Assembly: GCA_030603565.1 (NCBI GenBank)
Contig: JAUVXM010000006.1
Span: forward strand, 607-64,606
Direction of reading: 5' to 3'
DNA length: 64,000 nucleotides
Source of the DNA: Candidatus Aminicenantes bacterium
GTDB lineage: Bacteria; Acidobacteriota; Aminicenantia; Aminicenantales; Aminicenantaceae
Of the stretch, positions 50,614 to 59,506 are shown piece after piece. Position 1 is the first letter of the stretch, and each line of letters starts with the position of its first letter. A program made the position numbers and the translations under genes. Below the pieces are notes generated by a model. That model did no database searches. It was not told where the DNA came from and saw nothing but the letters and a program-made list of their open reading frames with translations.

Positions 50614-53600
50614 ATGAAGTGTCCTTACTGTGGCTCAAATAACACAGCTAATACTCCATTTTGTAGTCAATGTGGGAATTCCCTGAAGGATTTGGGAGGG
50701 GGATTGAATACACGTACACTAACTATGGATTTAATCAGATTTCATCTAAAAAGAGGTAGTGTATTTGCAGATAGGTATGATGTAATCGATTTACTTGGCC
50801 AAGGGGGTATGGGCAAAGTATATCGGGTATTTGATCGGAAGATTAAAGAAGAAATTGCTTTGAAGCTTATAAAGAATGAAATAGCTAGCGATAAAAAAGC
50901 AATAGAACGATTTAGCCTTGAATTGAAAATTGCCCGAAAAATATCTAATAAAAATGTTTGCAGGATGTACGATATTAACGATCATGCAGGGATTCATTAC
51001 ATAACTATGGAATATATACCAGGAGAAGACCTAAATAGCCTTATTAAAAGAGTGAAAAAAATTACCGTTGAGAAAGCAATACACATAGCAATTCAAGTTT
51101 GTAATGGACTTGCGGAAGCGCACAAATTAGGAATTGTACATCGAGACTTGAAACCGCAAAACATAATGATAGATAAAAAAGGAAATGCCTATATTATGGA
51201 TTTTGGTATTGCACGTTCTCTTGAAACACAGGGAATTACAGAAGTTGGAAAAATTGTTGGAACTCCTAAATATATGTCTCCGGAACAAATTGATTGTCTG
51301 GAATTGGACGGAAGGTCTGATATATATTCGCTTGGAATAGTCTTGTATGAGATGGTAACTGGAAATGCTCCTTTTGACTCAGATAATTTTGTTAACGTTG
51401 TGCTTAAACATAAATCAAAGGCACCGAAGAATCCTAAAAAAATTGATTCTACTATCCCAAATAGACTTTGTGACGTTATTTTAAAATGCCTTGAAAAGGA
51501 CAGAGGAAAAAGATATCAAAAAATTGAGGACTTAATATCTAATCTAAATGGCATCAAAAAAGCACTTTTTTTTAAGAAAAAAGATCCCATCAACAAAGTG
51601 TCAATGGTGGACAAGTTTGTTGGATTGATCCATAAGAAAAAAGTTAAAATCGCAGTAGCTATGCTGCTGATATTGGCAGCTGGTGCAGTTGTAGTGTGGA
51701 TTCAAAAAAAAATATCAAAAATTGATTATGCTAAAAATGCTGATTTTTCTGAAACAATAAAGCAGCCAAGTATAAATAAAAATATAGAGCCAAGAGTTTT
51801 TGACGGATTTAAAATTAAGGAGGTTTCAGATGGAAGTGAAACTGTTAAAATCGATGGAGGTGTTGAGGACAAGCTATATATCGGCAAAACAGGAAGTATT
51901 TACTATGAAAAGCAAGAAAATGATGGGGAGAGTATTACGATTTATATCGCAGAATTTTTCATTACTGATGTAAGAAAAGAAGAATCATTAATCGAAATTT
52001 TTAAACAAAAGGAGAAAATTGTAAAAGGTTACCTGATAAAGTTTGATCAAAAAAATAAAGCGGTTCTATCAATTGCTTGTAAACAAAAAGAGGCGGAAAT
52101 TTTTATTAACAACGAAAAAAGAGGGAAAACTGATTTTAAGATGTTGTTAAATCCGGGGACATATAAAGTAGCAGTAAAAAAGAATAAATTTATGGAATAT
52201 TCTAGAACTGTCAATTTATTGCCAGGTGATAGAGTTCCCCTTGATTTAAGCTTGACTCCAATTATGCAAAAGCTCGGTCAATTAGTCATTACTAGTAATC
52301 CTCCTGGGGCAGATGTTTTTTTTAGGAATAAGGATAGTTCTATCGGAATAACTCCTTTTAGAGATAATCTGGAACCTGGAAAGTATATTATTGAAGTAGC
52401 CCTAAGAAATTATTATAAAGAAAGTGAGACATTTAAAATAAAGGCAGGCGAGAGAATTTCCCGGAATTTTGATCTTAATCCAAAGGATGCAACTATAAAA
52501 ATAGAATCTATTCCTAAAAAAGCAGAAGTGTTTATTAATAACGAAATGACTCCATCCGGAAAAACGCCTTTTCAGATGAATTTGCCTCCTAATAATTATA
52601 GAATAAGGCTACATCTGGAGGGATTTAAAGATCAAATAGACGAAATCATTCTTAATCCAGGCAAAATGGTTTTGAAAAATTACACTATGAGGAAAATAAT
52701 GCCGAAGAAATCTATATTGGTTGTGAATACTATTCCAGATGGCGCTTCTGTGTATATTAATAATGTGAAACAGAAATATAAAACTCCGATGGAGATTAGT
52801 TTAGAAGCTTCTAAAGTAGAATTGAGAATAGAAAAGGAAAATTATAAAGCATATGAAGAGAGTGTAAGTCTTAAATATCATGTTAATACAGAAAATCTTA
52901 CTCTTGAGAAACTAAGAAAAGCTCAGCTTATAATTAGCTCATATCGAGAAGCTTTGATTGAACTGGATGGGAAATTATTAGAAAAATCTGTCCCTCCGGA
53001 AAAAAAAGAAGAGGTTTATGAGGGTATACACAAAGTAAAGTTTATTTTTGATGAGAATCTTTTCATTGAAAAGACTATAAATATTGAAAATGGGGAAATT
53101 AATAGAATCCATTGTGACGATGAAGAATATAGAGAATTGAAAAAAGAAAGATGTAGGTATGAGATTAAAGCATGGCCGTTGGCAAAAGTAAAAATTGACG
53201 GAGAGTCCCTGAATGAACCGGTACCGCCCTTGAAAACAATATGGATTAATGAAGGGACCCACAAAATAAAATATCTATTTGAAAATCAATTGGCTGTTAC
53301 AATTAATGATACCATCAATAAAAGCGAGAAAAAAAATATACATCTAGGATATGAGATCCAAAATATCCAAATTTCTGAAGACTTAAATCAATTGAAAAAA
53401 ACAATAAAATGGCAAGACGAGTCTATCTCTATTGAATCGAATAACAATTTGGATATTAAGGTCGCTGGAGGAGTAAGATATACTGTCCCTTCTAATGACT
53501 TATTAATAATTCCTTATAAGAGAAAAAATGGACATCATTTTGAATTGTTTATCAATCCAAACAAAAGTTATGAAACCGTCATAAATTTAATAAGAATCGG

Positions 53601-53655
53601 GGAGAAAAAAATCGGTAAAATAGAGTTGAGAATATTATTAGATAAATCAAATTAA
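50614..53655 (+). CDS. Ser/Thr protein kinase with N-terminal zinc ribbon, one TM, and C-terminal extracytoplasmic PEGA repeats
   Basis: 1013 aa. CPYCGS...CSQCGN ribbon. Hanks kinase motifs (VHRDLKPQN, DFGIAR, GTPKYMSPE). TM KIAVAMLLILAAGAVVVWI. At least four PEGA-like units (PPGADVFF...ITPF, IPKKAEVFINN...KTPF, IPDGASVYINN...KTPM). Confidence 0.85.
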   Translation: MKCPYCGSNNTANTPFCSQCGNSLKDLGGGLNTRTLTMDLIRFHLKRGSVFADRYDVIDLLGQGGMGKVYRVFDRKIKEEIALKLIKNEIASDKKAIERFSLELKIARKISNKNVCRMYDINDHAGIHYITMEYIPGEDLNSLIKRVKKITVEKAIHIAIQVCNGLAEAHKLGIVHRDLKPQNIMIDKKGNAYIMDFGIARSLETQGITEVGKIVGTPKYMSPEQIDCLELDGRSDIYSLGIVLYEMVTGNAPFDSDNFVNVVLKHKSKAPKNPKKIDSTIPNRLCDVILKCLEKDRGKRYQKIEDLISNLNGIKKALFFKKKDPINKVSMVDKFVGLIHKKKVKIAVAMLLILAAGAVVVWIQKKISKIDYAKNADFSETIKQPSINKNIEPRVFDGFKIKEVSDGSETVKIDGGVEDKLYIGKTGSIYYEKQENDGESITIYIAEFFITDVRKEESLIEIFKQKEKIVKGYLIKFDQKNKAVLSIACKQKEAEIFINNEKRGKTDFKMLLNPGTYKVAVKKNKFMEYSRTVNLLPGDRVPLDLSLTPIMQKLGQLVITSNPPGADVFFRNKDSSIGITPFRDNLEPGKYIIEVALRNYYKESETFKIKAGERISRNFDLNPKDATIKIESIPKKAEVFINNEMTPSGKTPFQMNLPPNNYRIRLHLEGFKDQIDEIILNPGKMVLKNYTMRKIMPKKSILVVNTIPDGASVYINNVKQKYKTPMEISLEASKVELRIEKENYKAYEESVSLKYHVNTENLTLEKLRKAQLIISSYREALIELDGKLLEKSVPPEKKEEVYEGIHKVKFIFDENLFIEKTINIENGEINRIHCDDEEYRELKKERCRYEIKAWPLAKVKIDGESLNEPVPPLKTIWINEGTHKIKYLFENQLAVTINDTINKSEKKNIHLGYEIQNIQISEDLNQLKKTIKWQDESISIESNNNLDIKVAGGVRYTVPSNDLLIIPYKRKNGHHFELFINPNKSYETVINLIRIGEKKIGKIELRILLDKSN

Positions 53656-53672
53656 GAAAACAGGAGGAAAGC

Positions 53673-54260
53673 ATGAAAAAAAAAATATTGTTTCTAATTA
53701 TGTTATTATTTATGTTGCATATTACACAGGCTCAGACTGAAACAAAAAAATCTGAAAATTTAACTCTTTACTATGGTTCTGGTGCTAATAATACCAAAGT
53801 AGCAGGGGCTTCAATGGGAGGAAATATTTGGCATTATTTACAGTTTCAGTTGGATGTATTTAAATACTTAAATCAGGACATGAATTTTTATTCAGTGAAT
53901 CCTTCCGAAGATAGGAGTGATTTTCTAGGCCTTTCTGGCAACGTTGCTTTGAAAATTCCGATTCATCTTATCCCTTCTCTTGATAGATTAGAGTTTGTTC
54001 AGCCTTATATCCTAATAGGATATGGATACGGCATTGAAAGCATTAAAGGAGAATTTATAAAAGAGCCTGATTCTGAGGGAAATACTGGCATTTTCTCTAA
54101 AATAAGACAATTTGATTCTATAGGTACAGGAATTATAATCTGGGTGCTTCCTACTGTGGGAATAAAAGTAGATTACCGTTCAATTAAATTATCAGAACAT
54201 GAAAAAATGGGTTTTCCGAAAAGAAAATTTAACCGTATTTCTTTGGGAATATGTTTTTAA
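53673..54260 (+). CDS. Small outer-membrane beta-barrel protein (OmpA/OmpW-like)
   Basis: 195 aa. Signal peptide, alternating amphipathic strands and a C-terminal aromatic residue (ISLGICF). Confidence 0.45.
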   Translation: MKKKILFLIMLLFMLHITQAQTETKKSENLTLYYGSGANNTKVAGASMGGNIWHYLQFQLDVFKYLNQDMNFYSVNPSEDRSDFLGLSGNVALKIPIHLIPSLDRLEFVQPYILIGYGYGIESIKGEFIKEPDSEGNTGIFSKIRQFDSIGTGIIIWVLPTVGIKVDYRSIKLSEHEKMGFPKRKFNRISLGICF

Positions 54261-54286
54261 ATATATAATTGTAAAAGGGAGGAAAA

Positions 54287-54922
54287 ATGTTTAGGAGTCG
54301 AATTAATTTATTACTAATTTGTTTTGTTTTGGCAGTTGTTTTTACAGCTCCGAGCTTTGGACAAGAAGAGAATTTATTTCAAGAAGGGAAAAAGCTATAT
54401 CAGTCAGGCGAGTATGATGAAGCTATTAAAGCCTTTTCTGAAGTTGTTAAAAAATCAGTAAATAAAGATTTATGCTTTAAAGCTTATTTATATTTGGGTT
54501 ACACCTATTTTACTCGTGGTAATCATAATAAAGCCAGGAAAAGCATTGAAAATAGTGTGCAGATGAAACAAAACGTAGAGCTTGATGAGAGCGAGTTTGT
54601 GCCTGAGTTTATAGATTTTTATGAAGAAAACAAATTGGGAGTAGTAGGAATAGGATTTTTTGAGTCCATACCTTCATCTGCTAGTGTTTATCTAGACAAA
54701 AAGAAGATAGGATTTACTCCTGTTAAAAAAGAATTGTTGTCTCAGAAATATTATTTACGCATTGTAAAAAGGGGATATGAACCTATTGTGAAGGAAATTG
54801 AAATCAATATAGGAGAAATTAATTATTTTAAAGTTGATTTTAGCAAAGGAAAAAATTGGAAGACTTTCTTGAGGTCATCTGTTTTAATGATTGTTTTAGG
54901 TTTGGTGCTAAAGAGTTTATAA
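54287..54922 (+). CDS. Secreted TPR plus PEGA-domain protein with C-terminal membrane anchor
   Basis: 211 aa. Signal peptide, TPR helices (LYQSGEYDEAIKAF), a PEGA unit (PSSASVYLDKKKIGFTP) and a hydrophobic C-terminus. Confidence 0.6.
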   Translation: MFRSRINLLLICFVLAVVFTAPSFGQEENLFQEGKKLYQSGEYDEAIKAFSEVVKKSVNKDLCFKAYLYLGYTYFTRGNHNKARKSIENSVQMKQNVELDESEFVPEFIDFYEENKLGVVGIGFFESIPSSASVYLDKKKIGFTPVKKELLSQKYYLRIVKRGYEPIVKEIEINIGEINYFKVDFSKGKNWKTFLRSSVLMIVLGLVLKSL

Positions 54923-54939
54923 ATCCAAAAAATTGTAGG

Positions 54940-55200
54940 AATTCCTAGGCTCTGGGTCTGTGAGACAGAATCGGACAAGTACTGGCGTGCTGTACTAAAT
55001 GAGCTCAAGAACCAAGGGTTAAAAGATGTTCTTATCTTCTCTGTGGATAATCCCAAAGGTATCTCTAAGGCCCCGAGGAAGTCTTTCCCCAAGCGTGAAT
55101 ACAAAATACATTGTTCACCAATCCTTTCTTCATCAAGTACCTATGTTAATTCCATTTGCCCCACAGATGGTCTTTGACGTATGAATTAAAAAATATAAGT
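54940..55200 (+). mobile_element. IS256-family transposase gene fragment (internal remnant, frameshifted)
   Basis: Translates to LWVCETESDKYWRAVLNELKNQGLKDVLIFSVDNPKGISKA..FPK. A +1 frame then gives YIVHQS, matching the IS256 transposase blocks ESAKFWL.VLN.LKNRGV.D.LI..VDGL and CIVHQIRNS. No start, no ends and no terminal inverted repeats are present. Confidence 0.6.
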
Positions 55201-55276
55201 GTCGATAATAAAAAGGATGATGCAATAATAAAAATTACTAAAGAGAATGCAACGAAAAGAAGATATATAAGATAAT

Positions 55277-56734
55277 CTACTTTTTCTTCCCTTTAATAGT
55301 TATTGTAGCAGGCAAATTAAAAGTTGTGCCGTCGCTGAGATTTCCAGTGACATAAATTGTAGGGCTATCTCCGTTTTTCGGATTAGAGATAATTGAGATT
55401 GCTTTGCTTTGCGAAAATTTAGCTATATAGGTGAATCCTCCGATCTCGTAATCATCAGGTTGAACTGATCCACCTGGTCCCACCATACACAGAGAGCTAT
55501 AGATGATATCTTCAAATCCTTCCCCTTTTATTCGTGCTATCACTTCACCATCACCATTTTCTGCCCAGGCTGTATTCCATTTAGTTGGCTTTATTTCTAA
55601 GGTTAACAGACCTTGGCCGAATTTCTTTCCCGAAATCGTAATCGTATCCCACACCTCAAAAGGAGTTCCCCTACTAAGATTTCCGGTTACGAGAATTGTA
55701 CAATTGTCGCCCCGTTTTGGATCAAGAATCAGGCCAATCGCATCACTTTGGTTGAATTTTGTAACGAAAGACACACCACCGAATTCATAGCTGTCTGGAA
55801 TCGGACTGATTGAAGGTAATCCATCATCTGGATATGCCATCTGAACAGTCGTAGGATCTATATCTTGAAAGCCTTCTCCGCTGATTCGGGCTGTCACTAC
55901 ATTTTCGCTATCATTGTCGCCTTCATCATTTACCCAGGCAATGTTCCACTTTTTAGGCCGTATCACCAAAGACAAATCCCCTCCTAGATATTTCTTACCA
56001 ACAACAATTATATTTGCAATTGGGGGATCAAATTCTGTTCCATCATTAAACTGGCCCATGACTTGAATATCGTAAGATTCTCCTCGCTGCGGCTCAGGGA
56101 TTATTCCGATAGCTTCGATTTTCAGGAATTTGGCAACAAAAGAATACGGTCCAACTTGTGCCTTAGATGGAGCACCTGTTTCTGCCCCCTCAGGACCGAC
56201 CATTCTTAAAGTCTCTGGGTTTATCTCTTCAAATCCTTCTCCGCTGATACGCACCGTGACCAAGCCCATGCTATTTGCCCAATTTATGTTCCACTTAAAT
56301 GGCTTTATCCGCACTCGGAGTTCCTGGGTTATCTCATTATTTTTTTTACTCCCTCTGGAAGGCCCCTTATTAATCCCAGCTTTTTGGTTCAATTTAGGAT
56401 TATGACTTGCCGTGACGCTATTAACAGTAGCATTGGAAACTTCATTTCCAGTGCTCGCTTCGGCGGCTTGATCAACGGATGCCACATGACTGGTTCGAGA
56501 TTTTCCTTTAAAATCAGGTTTTTGCCTCTGATAGCTACCTTTTTCCTCGCTTTTCGCAGATATAGAACCATTACTATAAGAACTTGTTGAAGCGACACTT
56601 CCTGTATTCACAACCTCACTTGATTGTTCCTCAACATCAGCGGCGGGAGTGAAGGGATTTCCGTCTTTATTACAGCTAATAGACAAGAACGAAAGCATAA
56701 AAATACAGGTTAGCACAATAACTTTAGTTTTCAT
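55277..56734 (-). CDS. Lipoprotein with an S/N-rich linker and three tandem ~110-aa repeats
   Basis: 485 aa. Lipobox LSISC. Repeats start IKPFKWNINWAN / IRPKKWNIAWVN / IKPTKWNTAWAE and each contains SGEGF(E/Q)DI...G(F/Y)...AKF..S.AIG.I..PK.GD...I.V.GN...GT.F. Confidence 0.6.
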   Translation of the reverse strand: MKTKVIVLTCIFMLSFLSISCNKDGNPFTPAADVEEQSSEVVNTGSVASTSSYSNGSISAKSEEKGSYQRQKPDFKGKSRTSHVASVDQAAEASTGNEVSNATVNSVTASHNPKLNQKAGINKGPSRGSKKNNEITQELRVRIKPFKWNINWANSMGLVTVRISGEGFEEINPETLRMVGPEGAETGAPSKAQVGPYSFVAKFLKIEAIGIIPEPQRGESYDIQVMGQFNDGTEFDPPIANIIVVGKKYLGGDLSLVIRPKKWNIAWVNDEGDNDSENVVTARISGEGFQDIDPTTVQMAYPDDGLPSISPIPDSYEFGGVSFVTKFNQSDAIGLILDPKRGDNCTILVTGNLSRGTPFEVWDTITISGKKFGQGLLTLEIKPTKWNTAWAENGDGEVIARIKGEGFEDIIYSSLCMVGPGGSVQPDDYEIGGFTYIAKFSQSKAISIISNPKNGDSPTIYVTGNLSDGTTFNLPATITIKGKKK

Positions 56735-56942
56735 TTTATTTCTCCTTAGCCCTGAATGTTAATAATCATTATAACATGATTTTATAAAATGCAACCTTTT
56801 CCCTCTTTATCCCATATGATCAATATGATCAAAAATTGAACACATGTCAATCACCTTTATAGGTGACTTTTTGCTAATTCCATAACCCCCCTCTGCTACC
56901 ACAACTCCTTTATCTCGTCGTATTTACTAATTTTCCATCTAA

Positions 56943-56979
56943 CCTGAACTATTCATAAAAAATCTCGATGTTTATGATA
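56943..56979 (-). promoter_or_regulatory. Conserved intergenic motif (family C), site d, about 200 nt upstream of the repeat-lipoprotein gene
   Basis: The minus strand reads ATCATAAACATCGAGATTTTTTATGAATAGTTCAGG. Confidence 0.35.
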
Positions 56980-57089
56980 AACCTATTCATATCAATATGT
57001 CGGATTAATTTATTGTGAATTCATATTCTTTCAATTTTTTAAATAATTATACGACAAAATTTAAGCTTAAGCTAGAACTACATATAAGG

Positions 57090-57515
57090 ATGATTAAAGT
57101 AGATAAAAAGTCCAAAAAAGCGGTAAATCCTGCCAGGATATTGATCGTTGAAGATGAAAATATTATTGCTATGGATATTCAGAGTATATTGCAAAAAATG
57201 GGTTATGATGTCTTTGCTATAGTTTCTTCAGGGGAAGAATCAATTAATATCGCCTCCTTAACTATGCCTGATATTGTTCTTATGGATATCAAATTAAAAG
57301 GAAAGATGAATGGTATTCAGGCTGCTGAGCATATATATGATCAATTCAGGATACCTATAATTTTTGTTTCTGCTTATGGAGATGAGCTTACATACGTACA
57401 ATCAGGCAGGTTTAAGCCATTTGAATTTGTCCGAAAACCTTTTATAGAAGAGGAACTAGAAGACAAAATTTCAGGAGTTCTGCATAAAAGCCGGAAGTAT
57501 AGTACTGTTAACTAA
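57090..57515 (+). CDS. Stand-alone response-regulator receiver (CheY-like) protein
   Basis: Start chosen at ATG 57090, directly after the RBS AAGGA; the ORF track extends to 57015. REC motifs VEDE, MDIKL, K at FVSAYGD. Confidence 0.7.
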   Translation: MIKVDKKSKKAVNPARILIVEDENIIAMDIQSILQKMGYDVFAIVSSGEESINIASLTMPDIVLMDIKLKGKMNGIQAAEHIYDQFRIPIIFVSAYGDELTYVQSGRFKPFEFVRKPFIEEELEDKISGVLHKSRKYSTVN

Positions 57516-57576
57516 AAACATCTTCCCCTTGATTTTTTCATGTAAGTTTGAACATAATACTTGGTGTAATAGAAAA

Positions 57577-58611
57577 ATGAATATGCGTGTTGCAATGTAT
57601 TATAGTAACCATGATATACGGGTGGAAGAGATGCCAGTTCCTATAATAGGGCCGGATGAACTCTTAATGCGTACCGAAGCCAGCGGTATATGCGGCAGTG
57701 ACGTGCTGGAATGGTATCGTATAAAAAAAGCTCCACTTGTGTTGGGACATGAAGTTGCCGGCCAGGTGGTAAAAATTGGGGAAAAAGTTACCAGGTTCAA
57801 AGTAGGGGACAGGATAGTCGCAAATCATCATGTGCCCTGTAACACCTGTTCATTTTGCCTTACAGGACATCATACGGCCTGTAATACTTTACGGAGTACT
57901 AATTTTGAACCGGGCGGATTCTCAGAATACATTCGAATCCCTGCAATAAATGTAGATAGAGGGACATTCCTTATCCCAAATGAACTTACTTATGAGCAAG
58001 CGACCTTCCATGAGCCTCTGGGATGTGTTATCCGGGCTAATAGGATGGCTGGACTGAAGCCAGGGCAAAGCGTGCTTGTCCTGGGGAGCGGAATTGCCGG
58101 ACTCTTAAACATTCATTTTGCCAGACAAGCCGGGGCAGGCTTGATCCTGGCTGTCGAACCTGTCTCATACCGCCAAAAAGCGGCCTTAAAGTTTGGCGCA
58201 AATGAAGCGATATCACCTGGAGAGGATATTCCAGAACTCTTAAGAAAAATAAACAGGGGAAGACTGGCAGACATGGTTTTTATAAGTACCGGAGCAGAGG
58301 AACCTCAATCTCAGGCGCTCAAGTGGGTAGAAAGAGGAGGAACTGTTGTATATTTCGCGCCTACTGCATCAGATGTTAAAGTTCCGGTTTCAGTAAACGA
58401 GCTGTTTTTTAGAAATGACATAAACCTTACTACTAGTTATGGCTGTGCCCCCTATGATTCTTATCTTGCTCTTGAACTTATGCATTGGTCTAAACTTAAA
58501 ATAAAAGAAATGATTACACACAGATTGCCTTTGGTTGAAACATCCAAGGGATTCCAAATGGTAGCGGCAGCAGAAGATTCATTAAAGGTGATTATTGAGC
58601 CACAGAAGTAA
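57577..58611 (+). CDS. Zinc-dependent medium-chain alcohol/polyol dehydrogenase (threonine/sorbitol dehydrogenase-like)
   Basis: MDR-family GroES-like domain with catalytic zinc ligands (GICGSD, GHE) and structural-zinc Cys cluster CNTCSFCLTGHHTAC. Rossmann motif GSGIAG. Confidence 0.8.
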   Translation: MNMRVAMYYSNHDIRVEEMPVPIIGPDELLMRTEASGICGSDVLEWYRIKKAPLVLGHEVAGQVVKIGEKVTRFKVGDRIVANHHVPCNTCSFCLTGHHTACNTLRSTNFEPGGFSEYIRIPAINVDRGTFLIPNELTYEQATFHEPLGCVIRANRMAGLKPGQSVLVLGSGIAGLLNIHFARQAGAGLILAVEPVSYRQKAALKFGANEAISPGEDIPELLRKINRGRLADMVFISTGAEEPQSQALKWVERGGTVVYFAPTASDVKVPVSVNELFFRNDINLTTSYGCAPYDSYLALELMHWSKLKIKEMITHRLPLVETSKGFQMVAAAEDSLKVIIEPQK

Positions 58612-58645
58612 TAAGTAGTATAGTAAAATGTTGATTTGAAAAGAT

Positions 58646-58683
58646 GTATCATACATATCAACATTTTTTTTGAATAGTTCAGG
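58646..58683 (+). promoter_or_regulatory. Conserved intergenic motif (family C), site e, 22 nt upstream of the aldolase start
   Basis: GTATCATACATATCAACATTTTTTTTGAATAGTTCAGG. Confidence 0.4.
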
Positions 58684-58704
58684 CTAATTGTTAAGGAGGT
58701 TAAA

Positions 58705-59493
58705 ATGGACTGGGGAATCAAAAATCGTTTAGCTCGAATAATAAAACCACAGACAGGACGTACTGTGATGCTGGCGGTCGATCATGGGTATTTTTTAGGC
58801 CCGACAAAAAAATTAGAAAGCGTAAGCAGGACAATTGAGCCGTTAATGGATTATGCTGATGCTCTCATGTTAACGCGGGGAATACTGCGTACTTCAGTGG
58901 AACCTGAAACTTCGATGCCGGTAGTGCTGAGAGTGTCGGGAGGAAGCAGTATTATCGGGGAAGACCTGTCAAATGAAGTAATAACTACTTCCATAGAGGA
59001 TGCTATCAGACTGAATGTGTCTGCCATTGCGCTTTCAATATTTGTCGGTTCCGAATATGAAAGCCAGACTCTGGAAAGCCTGGCTATGCTGGTAAATATG
59101 GGACAGGAGTTTGGTATCCCGGTGCTGGCTGTGACTGCTGTGGGTAAAGAATTATCCAAGCGGGATTCCCGTTTTCTCTCCCTTTCCTGCCGGATTGCTG
59201 CTGAATTTGGAGCAAGTTTTGTAAAAACCTATTACTGTGAAGATTTTGAAAAAGTAGTAGAAAGCTGCCCAGTACCGATTGTTATAGCTGGCGGGCCAAA
59301 ACTTGAAACTGAACTTGATGCATTTGAAATGGCATATGATGCAGTAAATAAAGGTGCGGTTGGAGTAGATATGGGACGGAATATCTGGCAGAATAATAAT
59401 CCTGTGGCTATGCTGAAAGCTGTGAGAGCAGTTGTACATAAAAACGCTTCTCCTGCTGAAGCTCTGGAGATATTTAATAGGAATAAAAAATAA
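58705..59493 (+). CDS. Class I aldolase of the DhnA/FbaB/LsrF/ADH-synthase family
   Basis: 262 aa TIM-barrel aldolase. N-terminal RTVMLAVDHG block. The Schiff-base lysine is predicted in FVKTYY. Confidence 0.7.
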   Translation: MDWGIKNRLARIIKPQTGRTVMLAVDHGYFLGPTKKLESVSRTIEPLMDYADALMLTRGILRTSVEPETSMPVVLRVSGGSSIIGEDLSNEVITTSIEDAIRLNVSAIALSIFVGSEYESQTLESLAMLVNMGQEFGIPVLAVTAVGKELSKRDSRFLSLSCRIAAEFGASFVKTYYCEDFEKVVESCPVPIVIAGGPKLETELDAFEMAYDAVNKGAVGVDMGRNIWQNNNPVAMLKAVRAVVHKNASPAEALEIFNRNKK

Positions 59494-59506
59494 CAAGAGT
59501 ACGTTG

